The position numbers and the translations under genes are program-made. Of a DNA stretch of 64,000 nucleotides, positions 40,135-47,918 are shown one piece after another; within the stretch, counting starts at the first letter, position 1, and each line of letters begins with the position of its first letter. The notes under the pieces are model-generated. The model made no database searches, was not told the DNA's origin, and saw nothing but the letters and a program-made list of their open reading frames with translations. The stretch spans positions 39,239 through 103,238 of the forward strand of contig JAJPJA010000159.1 in assembly GCA_021324455.1 (NCBI GenBank), given 5' to 3'. The stretch comes from Pseudomonadota bacterium. Lineage in GTDB: Bacteria > Desulfobacterota > Binatia > Binatales > Binataceae.

Positions 40135-40164
40135 GGCCCACACGAAGTTGATTGAGGTAAGACG

Positions 40165-41280
40165 ATGCCCAAGCAGAAGGTTCTGATCGCGGGCGCCTCC
40201 GGGCTGGTCGGCCATGCCGCCCTGCGCCTGTTCTCGCAGTTGGAGGACTGGGAGGTGGCGGCGGTATCGCGGCGCAAGCCGTTCGCGATCGATGGCTATC
40301 GCGCGCGCTTCATTCCGGTCGACCTGCTCGATCGGCAGCAATGCGCCGAGGTGTTCGGCCAGATGTCCGACGTGACCCATCTGGTTTACGCCGCGGTCAA
40401 TGAAAAGGCCGGCGACCTGATCAAGGGATGGCGCGACCGCGATCAGATGCGCAAGAACCTCGACATGATGCGCAATCTGTTCGAACCGCTTACGGCGGCG
40501 GCGCGGAATCTGCGGCAGGTCTCCTTCCTCCAGGGGACCAAGGCCTACGGCGTGCATCTGCGCGGCAACCGCATCCCGATGCCGTATCGGGAACGCTACC
40601 AGCGCCATCCGCACGACAACTTCTACTGGCTGCAGGAGGATTACATCCGCGGCAAACAGGCCGGGCAGAAATGGCATTGGACGGTATTCCGGCCGCAGTT
40701 GGTGATCGGGGAGGCGATCGGCAGCAACCTGAACATGGTCGCGGCGATTGGCGTGTACGCCGCCATCCGGCGCGAGGCGGGCCAACCGTTGTCATATCCG
40801 GGCGGTCCGCGGCTGGTCACGGAAATGGTGGACGTGGACCTGATCGCGCGCGCGCTGCATTGGGCCGCTTCCGCTCCCGCCGCCCGCAACGAGATCTTCA
40901 ACATCACCAACGGCGACGTATGCATCTGGCACGACGTATGGCCCGCGATTGCCGAAACGCTCGGGATGGATCCGGGGCAGCCGCAGCCCTGTTCGCTGGA
41001 GCACGAGATGCCCAGACATGCGGCGCAGTGGGCGGAGATCGTGCGCAAGTATAACCTGACCTCGCCGGCCGACATGCACGCCTTTGTCGGGGAATCGTTT
41101 GCGCTGACCGACGGCGCGTTTTTCTACGGCGGCAGCACGGAAGGCAGCGGTTTGCGCGCGACGCTGGTCAGCACGATCAAACTGCGCCAGGCCGGCTTCC
41201 ACGACTGCATCGACACCGAGGACATGTTCCGCAAATGGTTCAGGCGCTACCAGGAATTGCGCTGGATTCCGCCGGTATAA
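40165..41280 (+). CDS. NAD(P)-binding atypical/extended SDR (epimerase/dehydratase/enone-reductase-like)
   Basis: N-terminal VLIAGASGLVGHA Rossmann motif; about 370 aa extended SDR; no confident substrate call. Confidence 0.65.
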   Translation: MPKQKVLIAGASGLVGHAALRLFSQLEDWEVAAVSRRKPFAIDGYRARFIPVDLLDRQQCAEVFGQMSDVTHLVYAAVNEKAGDLIKGWRDRDQMRKNLDMMRNLFEPLTAAARNLRQVSFLQGTKAYGVHLRGNRIPMPYRERYQRHPHDNFYWLQEDYIRGKQAGQKWHWTVFRPQLVIGEAIGSNLNMVAAIGVYAAIRREAGQPLSYPGGPRLVTEMVDVDLIARALHWAASAPAARNEIFNITNGDVCIWHDVWPAIAETLGMDPGQPQPCSLEHEMPRHAAQWAEIVRKYNLTSPADMHAFVGESFALTDGAFFYGGSTEGSGLRATLVSTIKLRQAGFHDCIDTEDMFRKWFRRYQELRWIPPV

Positions 41281-41458
41281 AGCTTCAATCCGGCGTTTCG
41301 CGCTCGGGCTCCGCGCCGGATTGGTCATGCCGGGCCATTATGCTGGCGGTTGGACCGGACGAAGCGAAACAAACCGGGCCATTCAGACTCGGCCGGTTCT
41401 GAGCGGTTCGGCACGCTTTTCAACGAACGTTTCGCGTCAGGAACCTGATCGATGGTCC

Positions 41459-42181
41459 TCAGCCTGTTGGTTGTTCAGCGAGTTCGACGATTGCGCGGGC
41501 GCATTCCACCGGTTTGGTGAACATCACGCCGTGGCCGCTTTTGATGGAGCGGATGGTCGGGCTGCGCAGGCGATCGGTGAACAGCGGATGGAAGCGCAGC
41601 GGATCAATCGCGATGTCATCTTCCAGAACAATCACGCTGGTGGGCAGGTCGAGGGTTTCGAACTCCTTCATCGGGACCGGTTCCGACAGCACTGCCATCT
41701 GGTCGGGCACGATCGCCGCCATCACGAAATCCTGCAGATCGCGCGGGGCGTCGTTGAGTTGCTGTTTGCGGAACCGATCCGCCATCGACTCGCGCGCCAT
41801 TTTGAACCGTTCTCCCGCGCGCAGGCCGCCGCCGCGAAACACTTCCATCGGCGACTCGCCATCGCGCATTATCAGGGCGGATACAAAGATCAGCCGCTTG
41901 ATCCGATGCGGCATTCTCACCGCGACGCCCGGCATGATGATTCCGGCCATGCTGTGGCCCACCATCACGACGTCGCGCAGATCCCTTTCCTCTATATAGC
42001 GCGCGACCGCGTCGACATGGACCGCCAGCGTGATCCTGTCGAGGTCGTAGGGCGTCTCGCCGCGGCCGGGCAGATCGACGGCCATCGCTTGATGCCCCAT
42101 TTTTTGCAGTTGCGCAATCACGGCGGCCCAACTCCATGCGCCGAGACTTCCTCCATGAACCAGCACGAAAGTTTCCGCCAC
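41459..42181 (-). CDS. alpha/beta hydrolase (esterase family)
   Basis: FVLVHGG oxyanion region and GHSMAG nucleophile elbow. GGGAGG RBS 6 nt before a GTG start at 42181; the Arg-rich 5' ORF-track extension is rejected. Confidence 0.75.
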   Translation of the reverse strand: MAETFVLVHGGSLGAWSWAAVIAQLQKMGHQAMAVDLPGRGETPYDLDRITLAVHVDAVARYIEERDLRDVVMVGHSMAGIIMPGVAVRMPHRIKRLIFVSALIMRDGESPMEVFRGGGLRAGERFKMARESMADRFRKQQLNDAPRDLQDFVMAAIVPDQMAVLSEPVPMKEFETLDLPTSVIVLEDDIAIDPLRFHPLFTDRLRSPTIRSIKSGHGVMFTKPVECARAIVELAEQPTG

Positions 42182-42292
42182 GCTTGTCCTCCCGACTGCG
42201 GATAGCGGATTTTGTACCATTGTATCCGCCGCTTCAGCCAGCGTTTCGCGCCGGGACTTGAGCTTTTCAAGCGGTTGGATATTGATCGGCTT

Positions 42293-43321
42293 ATGAAAAT
42301 CGCCTCGGCTTTGACGCTTAACGATCATCACAAGGCGCTGATCAGGGCCGTATGCCCGGATGCGGAAATCGTCTGTCCCGCCGAACGCCTGCGCAATCCG
42401 GTGGTGTGGGATTCGGAGGTGCTCGATCCGTTGATCAAGGATGCCGACGTGTTCATGGGCCATCGCGCGCGTCCGGCGTTGACGGAGTTCGCGCCGCGGC
42501 TGCGATGGATCCAGTTTCTCGGCGCCGGCATCGACCATCTCAAGATTACCGATCTGCTGGCCCAGGACCGCATCATCCTGACCAATGCCAGCGGCGTTTC
42601 AGCCACCTGGATAGCGGAGTACGTGGTGGGCTCGATGCTTCTGTTCACGCATCGATTTCACGTCACGATGGCGGCGCAGAAACGGCACGAATGGATCGGC
42701 TTCTCGTCGTTCATGGCCGCGGTGGAGGGGCTGCGCGGCAAAACCGTGGGTATATTGGGCTACGGTTCGATCGGGCGCGAGACGGCGCGCCTGTGCCAGG
42801 CGCATCACATGGAAGTGCTGGCGCTCAAGCGCAACCCCGGCAATCGCAGGGACACGAGCTGGATTCGCCCGGGCGTGGGCGATCCGGAGGGATCAATTCC
42901 GCGCCGATGGTTCGGGCCGGATCAGCGCGCGGCGCTGCTGGCACAGAGCGATTACGTCGTGGTCAGTCTGCCGCTGACGCCCGACACCCGCCATTTTCTG
43001 GGCCGCCGCGAGTTCGACGCGATCAAGCGCGGCGCCTATCTGGTCAACGTCGGGCGCGGCCCGATCATCGATCAGAACGCGATGATCGAGGCGCTCAAGG
43101 ATGGACGCCTGGCGGGCGCGGGACTGGACGTGACCGACCCCGAGCCGCTCAATCCGGAAAGCGAACTGTGGGACATGGAGAACGTGATCCTGACGCCGCA
43201 CAGTTCAGGCGCACGCAAGACCTACTATGACGTTGGCTGCGAGCTGTTCGCCGAGAACCTGCGCAGGTTTCTGAACGGGCAGGAGTTAATCAACCAGATC
43301 GACCGCACGCACTGCTACTGA
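42293..43321 (+). CDS. D-isomer-specific 2-hydroxyacid dehydrogenase family protein
   Basis: NAD-binding GYGSIGRETAR and catalytic-domain motifs (LVNVGRGPIID ... LTPHSSG). Confidence 0.8.
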   Translation: MKIASALTLNDHHKALIRAVCPDAEIVCPAERLRNPVVWDSEVLDPLIKDADVFMGHRARPALTEFAPRLRWIQFLGAGIDHLKITDLLAQDRIILTNASGVSATWIAEYVVGSMLLFTHRFHVTMAAQKRHEWIGFSSFMAAVEGLRGKTVGILGYGSIGRETARLCQAHHMEVLALKRNPGNRRDTSWIRPGVGDPEGSIPRRWFGPDQRAALLAQSDYVVVSLPLTPDTRHFLGRREFDAIKRGAYLVNVGRGPIIDQNAMIEALKDGRLAGAGLDVTDPEPLNPESELWDMENVILTPHSSGARKTYYDVGCELFAENLRRFLNGQELINQIDRTHCY

Positions 43322-43396
43322 TTTTTTCAACCGCGGCGCTGGTGTTGCGGGCGGGCGCGGCGCCCGCCCCAGAACAGTTCGGGTTTGGCTGCGGTC

Positions 43397-44266
43397 TCAG
43401 ATCTCCAGCATCCTGCGCGCGTCCTGCGGCGTCGCCACTTCATGTCCCATTGACTTGACTATCTGCACGGCGCGCTCGACTATCTGCGGATTACTCAGTT
43501 TGCCTTCTTTGCTATACTGATAATCCTCCAGCCCCAGCCGGATATGTCCGCCCATGGCGACCGCGACCGGCGCGATGCGCAGCACGTCGCCGCCGAAGCA
43601 TGAGGCGAACCAGTACGCGCGCACGCCCTTGAGCATCTGGTTGTAGGCCTGGATGCTCTCGACCGTCGGCGGCAGGCCGAACGGCTGCTCGGGTCCGCCG
43701 AAGTAGTATTTGAGCAGGAGCGGCTCCTCCAGCAGGCCCTGCTCCAGGAAGATCAACGACGTGCGCAGGAAGGTGGCGTCGAAGATTTGCAGGGTCGGCC
43801 GCTTGAGCCCGCATTCGCGCATCAGCTTGAGCGTATCGCGCAGCGTGTCGAAAGAGTTCTGATAGGTGCCGCCCTTGAGCGTCTTTTTTTCCGCGTTCCA
43901 CACCGCCAGATTGACTGACCCCATGTCGGCCGCGCCCAAATCGGGTTTGGTGGCGGGATCTTTGGACAACTCCACGAAATGGCTGTAGCGGACGCTGGCG
44001 TCCTTGCCGCCGGGAAAAGTCGGCCACATCAGCGGAGCGCCGGCGCCCATCGCGGACCGCACCCGCCTGTACACTTCGGAGTAATAGGGCACGTCCTGAC
44101 ACCATTCGCCGTCGGGCTTGCGGACATGAAAATGAATCAGCGCGGCGCCAGCCCTGGAGGTCGCGACCGCGTCGTTGGCGATCTCTTCCGGCGTATAGCC
44201 AATATGAGGATTGGCGTCCTTCATCGCGATTCCGTTGATCGCGGACTCGATCATTATTTTCGCCAT
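43397..44266 (-). CDS. 3-keto-5-aminohexanoate cleavage enzyme family (BKACE / DUF849) protein
   Basis: TIM-barrel BKACE features (IMIESAINGI ... AALIHFHVR ... GGHIRLGLED). Confidence 0.75.
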   Translation of the reverse strand: MAKIMIESAINGIAMKDANPHIGYTPEEIANDAVATSRAGAALIHFHVRKPDGEWCQDVPYYSEVYRRVRSAMGAGAPLMWPTFPGGKDASVRYSHFVELSKDPATKPDLGAADMGSVNLAVWNAEKKTLKGGTYQNSFDTLRDTLKLMRECGLKRPTLQIFDATFLRTSLIFLEQGLLEEPLLLKYYFGGPEQPFGLPPTVESIQAYNQMLKGVRAYWFASCFGGDVLRIAPVAVAMGGHIRLGLEDYQYSKEGKLSNPQIVERAVQIVKSMGHEVATPQDARRMLEI

Positions 44267-44445
44267 GGTGAGCCTCCGCAGAGCTGCTATTGCGGTTTGG
44301 CTAGCAAAGCAGCGCGGGAACATCAAGGCGCGCCCGCTTTTGGGCAAGCTTCACGGCCGCTTGATTATTGGCAGGCAAAGGGTTACGCGATGTTTCCGAA
44401 ATCGCCGCCGCAATCGCGTGCGGCCTGGAACAAAGGAGAACGCAA

Positions 44446-45198
44446 ATGGCGGGACGGCTGGCCGGCAAAGTTGCCCTGATTACAGGCGGAGCCGCGGGAA
44501 TGGGCGCCGCGTTCGTTCGCGTATTCGCCTCCGAAGGCGCCAAAGTCGCCGCCGCCGATATCCAGGACGACCTGGGACTGAAGGTGGCCGAAGAGGTCAA
44601 CCGCGCCGGCGGCGAGGCGATTTATCTGCATCTCAACGTCGCCGAACAGCGCGACTGGACCGCCGCCGTCGCGCAGACGGTAAGGCGTTTCGGCAAATTG
44701 ACCACGTTATGCAACGTCGCCGGGATCTACCGCACCGAAGGCACCGAGACCGAGACCATCGAGGGATGGCAGCAGCTTATCGCCATCAACCAGACCGGCG
44801 TATGGTTCGGGATGAGAACGGCGATTCCGGAAATGAAGAAGGCCGGGGGCGGCGCGATCGTCAACATCTCGTCGGTGGCCGCGCTTTCCGCGCGCCCGAT
44901 GGCGGTTGCCTATCACGCGGCCAAAGCCGCCGTCCACCTGATGAGTAAGGTGGCAGCGCTGGAATATGCGCGCGACGGCATCCGCGTCAACTCGATTCAT
45001 CCCGGATTCACCATGACCTCCACGGCGTCGGCGCTGCCCGAGGAGATGAAGAAAGCGCTGGCGGATCCGGTGCCGATGGGCCGCGCGGCGGCGCCTGAAG
45101 AGATCGCGTATGGGGCGCTGTATCTATGCTCCGATGAGGCCGCGATCGTCACCGGCACCGAGCTGGTGATCGACGGGGGATTGTCGGCGCGGCATTAA
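44446..45198 (+). CDS. SDR-family oxidoreductase
   Basis: TGGAAGMG, NVAG, YHAAKAA. AAGGAG RBS before the ATG at 44446. Confidence 0.85.
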   Translation: MAGRLAGKVALITGGAAGMGAAFVRVFASEGAKVAAADIQDDLGLKVAEEVNRAGGEAIYLHLNVAEQRDWTAAVAQTVRRFGKLTTLCNVAGIYRTEGTETETIEGWQQLIAINQTGVWFGMRTAIPEMKKAGGGAIVNISSVAALSARPMAVAYHAAKAAVHLMSKVAALEYARDGIRVNSIHPGFTMTSTASALPEEMKKALADPVPMGRAAAPEEIAYGALYLCSDEAAIVTGTELVIDGGLSARH

Positions 45199-45574
45199 CC
45201 TGCCCGCGTGCGGGATTCTCAAAGCACGCGCTGATCCCATAAGGCAAGGCGGCCGAAACCAGCGGTTATCGGCGCGATCGTCAGGGAGCTGAGGGCGCAG
45301 CTCCTTGCACCGCGCCGGCGCATCGGTCAATTCGCATCCGCAAATCGATGTTCGATGCTCGAACGACTTTCTTGCGCATCATTGTATTTTTTATTAATTT
45401 TAGACGACTTGAGTTGTACATGCTGAATAAAAGGCGCCTGTAGCCGGCGCGTCCTTATTCAGCGCGAACATTTTTTCCGCAGGCCGACGGGCCGATCACC
45501 TGTTTAGCCGAAGCGTCCCGTCTGCACAGGACTTCACGGATTTGGCAATGTAATCGATGCTTTAGGAGATATTT
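45199..45574. promoter_or_regulatory. AT-rich intergenic island (sharp GC drop) upstream of the tail-fibre-like gene, containing an imperfect inverted repeat and T-tract
   Basis: ctgaataaaaggcgcc ... ggcgcgtccttattcag followed by cattttttcc at about 45423-45476: possible terminator of the upstream SDR gene and/or regulator site. AGGAGA RBS at about 45564. Confidence 0.4.
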
Positions 45575-47488
45575 ATGAATGTAATGTTTAAAAATCGATC
45601 CTGGCGCGAAAAAGCATCCGGGTTGGCCGCGATCGCCGGTTTGGTGATCATGCTCGCGGGAAATTGGGGTTACGCGGGCGCGCCGCCTAACAATGACTCC
45701 AGCGACAGTGGCAACACGGCCGGCGGCACCGGCGCTCTTTCGAGCAACACCAGCGGTTTCAACAACAGCGCCTGGGGCGAGAACGCGCTCAATGTCAACA
45801 GCACCGGCTTCGACAATGCGGCGATCGGACTTAACGCGCTGGAAGAAAATACCAGCGGATTCGAGAACACCGCGGCCGGGGTGGGGGCGCTGGCCAACAA
45901 CACCACCGGGGCCAACAGCGTCGCAATCGGCTTCCAGGCGATGCTGGAGAACACCACCGGCGGCTCATGCACCGCGGTGGGAGAGAACGCTCTGGAAAAC
46001 AACACCACCGGCTTTAAGAATACCGCGGTTGGAATCAATGCGTTGGCCAGCAATACCACCGGCAGCTTCAATACCGCGGTGGGCGACGCGGCACTGTTCA
46101 GCGCCACCACCGGCAGCGGAAGCACCGCGGTCGGCGACGGAGCATTGTTCCACAATACCTCGGGCGGAGCAGTCACCGCGGTCGGGGCCAACGCGCTTCA
46201 GAATAACACCACCGGAAACAACAACAGCGCGCTGGGATTCAATGCGCTGCTGTCAAATACAACGGGGTTCAACAACAGCGCGGTGGGCTTCGAGGCGCTC
46301 AAGCACAACACCACAGGCACCAGCAACACCGGCACGGGAGAGAACGCGCTTAGAGAAAACATCACGGGCAACAGCAACACGGCCACCGGTTCCAACGCTT
46401 TGGTGTTCAACACCAGCGGCTCCAGCAACACCGCGACCGGGATCAACGCGCTGCGGAACAACAATGCGGACAACAATACCGCAACCGGATTGAACGCAAT
46501 GTTCAGCAACAAAAACGGCACGCAGAACACCGCCAACGGCGTCGGCGCGCTGCAGAACAACACCTCGGGTTCGTTCAATACCGCGGTCGGGCTTGGTGCG
46601 CTGAGAAGCAATCTGGGAGGCAACAATAACACCGCTACCGGCATCAACGCGCTGCTGTCCACCACCGTGTCGAATAATACCGCCAACGGCGCCAACGCGT
46701 TGATTCTCGACACCACCGGGACTCAGAACACGGCCAGCGGAATGAACTCGCTGTTTAACAACAGCACCGGCAGCAACAACACCGCGGTCGGATATATCGC
46801 GCTGCAGAACAACACCACCGGCAGCAACAATACCGCTTTGGGATTCGCCGCCCTCAGGGCGAACACCAGCGGTTCCCGCAATGTCGGACTCGGGCTTTTC
46901 GGCGGATCCAACCTTACTACCGGCAACGACAACATCGACATCATCAACGCGGGGGTAGCCGGAGAGTCGGCCCGTATCAGGATCGGTCAGCAGGGCGTGC
47001 AGACGGCGGCCTTTATCGCCGGGATCAGCGGCACTGCGGTGAGCGGCGACGCCGTGGTGGTGAGCGGCTCCGGTCAACTGGGAATCGTGGTATCTTCGGC
47101 GCGCTACAAGAGCGACATCAAAAGCATGGGCGACCGCAGCCACGGACTGCTGAAACTGCGGCCGGTGACTTTTCGCTACAAGGACGACCCCCATGGCGAG
47201 CGACATTACGGCCTGATCGCGGAAGAGGTCGCGCGCGTTTATCCCGACCTGGTCGGTGACGCTCCGGACGGCAGGGTCCAGTCGGTTCATTATCACGAGC
47301 TGGTGCCCCTGCTGCTCAACGAGCTGCAGAAACGGACCATCGAAGTCAACCAGCTTTCGGCCGAGATGGCCGAACTCAAGGCCAGGCTGGCGGCGCTGGA
47401 ACATACCGTCAAGGCGCAGTCGAACCGCACTTTGGCTTCGGCCGCCGGGACAGCAAGGTTGCGCGATGCTCCGAGCGAGGGACGGTAA
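45575..47488 (+). CDS. secreted repeat protein: signal peptide, about 24 tandem 17-residue beta-repeats, and a C-terminal phage tail-fibre intramolecular-chaperone (Peptidase_S74-like) domain
   Basis: Signal peptide MNVMFKNRSWREKASGLAAIAGLVIMLAGNWGYAGA. Repeat unit [ST]G-x2-NTA-x-G-x2-AL-x2-N[ST], reiterated about 24 times. C-terminus SSARYKSDIKS ... LRPVTFRYKDD ... HYGLIAEEV ... YPDLV ... VHYHELVPLLLNELQK matches the Ser-Lys autoproteolytic chaperone of endosialidase and T5 L-shaped-fibre proteins, followed by a coiled-coil tail. Confidence 0.8.
   Translation: MNVMFKNRSWREKASGLAAIAGLVIMLAGNWGYAGAPPNNDSSDSGNTAGGTGALSSNTSGFNNSAWGENALNVNSTGFDNAAIGLNALEENTSGFENTAAGVGALANNTTGANSVAIGFQAMLENTTGGSCTAVGENALENNTTGFKNTAVGINALASNTTGSFNTAVGDAALFSATTGSGSTAVGDGALFHNTSGGAVTAVGANALQNNTTGNNNSALGFNALLSNTTGFNNSAVGFEALKHNTTGTSNTGTGENALRENITGNSNTATGSNALVFNTSGSSNTATGINALRNNNADNNTATGLNAMFSNKNGTQNTANGVGALQNNTSGSFNTAVGLGALRSNLGGNNNTATGINALLSTTVSNNTANGANALILDTTGTQNTASGMNSLFNNSTGSNNTAVGYIALQNNTTGSNNTALGFAALRANTSGSRNVGLGLFGGSNLTTGNDNIDIINAGVAGESARIRIGQQGVQTAAFIAGISGTAVSGDAVVVSGSGQLGIVVSSARYKSDIKSMGDRSHGLLKLRPVTFRYKDDPHGERHYGLIAEEVARVYPDLVGDAPDGRVQSVHYHELVPLLLNELQKRTIEVNQLSAEMAELKARLAALEHTVKAQSNRTLASAAGTARLRDAPSEGR
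45710..46960 (+). repeat. in-frame tandem coding repeat, 51-nt (17-codon) period, about 24 units
   Basis: Reiterated aacaccaccggc / aataccgcggt / aacgcgct motifs read from the DNA; the protein repeat is listed above. Confidence 0.75.
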
Positions 47489-47880
47489 GATGCGTTGACA
47501 GCGGCGTAAACGCGTTGGCAGCGGGATCGTAAATCACCGCGGAGTCCAAAAAACCGCCCTTTCCGTCCTCGCCTCCGGCGACCAGTACGCGCCCATCGTT
47601 CAAAAGCTTGGCGGTTTCATTTCTGGTCGGGCCGGGCATCTCGTTCGCGGCGGCGGCAAAGGTACGGCCAGAGTTGTGCCGCTCATGTCATCACCGCCGA
47701 CGATCAGCACTTTGCCTGAAGCCAGCAGGGTCATGGCGTAGGCCGCGCGTCCCAACGCCGTCATCTGGCCCGGCGTCAGCGCGATGCTGGGCGGGGTCGG
47801 CGTCGCAGTCGGGGTCAAGCAGGCGTTGGGCTGCCAGTCGGAGTGCAGTGGCGGCCGGGATCGTGATTCAGCGCGGCGCT
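47409..47880 (-). pseudogene. degraded Kelch/beta-propeller repeat gene fragment (frameshifted remnant)
   Basis: Two overlapping minus-strand ORFs in different frames (47818..47600 and 47639..47409) each carry a Kelch-type blade motif (SGKVLIVGGDD; DGRVLVAGGEDG ... SAVIYDPAANAFTPL). This is far too short for an intact propeller. Confidence 0.4.
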
Positions 47881-47918
47881 GACTACAAATGCGAACTATA
47901 GTTTGCTGCGCAATGGTA

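Noticed and set aside
39334-40785. 483-aa minus-strand ORF
   Set aside because: Antisense to an SDR and the epimerase-like gene, both with clear motifs on the plus strand.
45710-46960. Regularly spaced direct repeats that could be mistaken for a CRISPR array
   Set aside because: The repeats are contiguous 51-nt in-frame coding units with no unique spacers and no cas genes. They encode the beta-repeat region of a secreted protein.
46253-47404. 383-aa minus-strand ORF (plus shorter ones at 45670..46191 and 46198..46716)
   Set aside because: Antisense to the fibre gene. Generated by the tandem repeat, whose reverse complement also lacks stops.
45199-47900. Possible prophage or phage remnant, suggested by the Peptidase_S74 tail-fibre chaperone domain
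   Set aside because: No integrase, capsid, portal, terminase, tail-tube, baseplate or lysis genes and no att-like repeats within 15 kb either side; the flanks are metabolic genes. Recorded as an orphan fibre-like gene instead.
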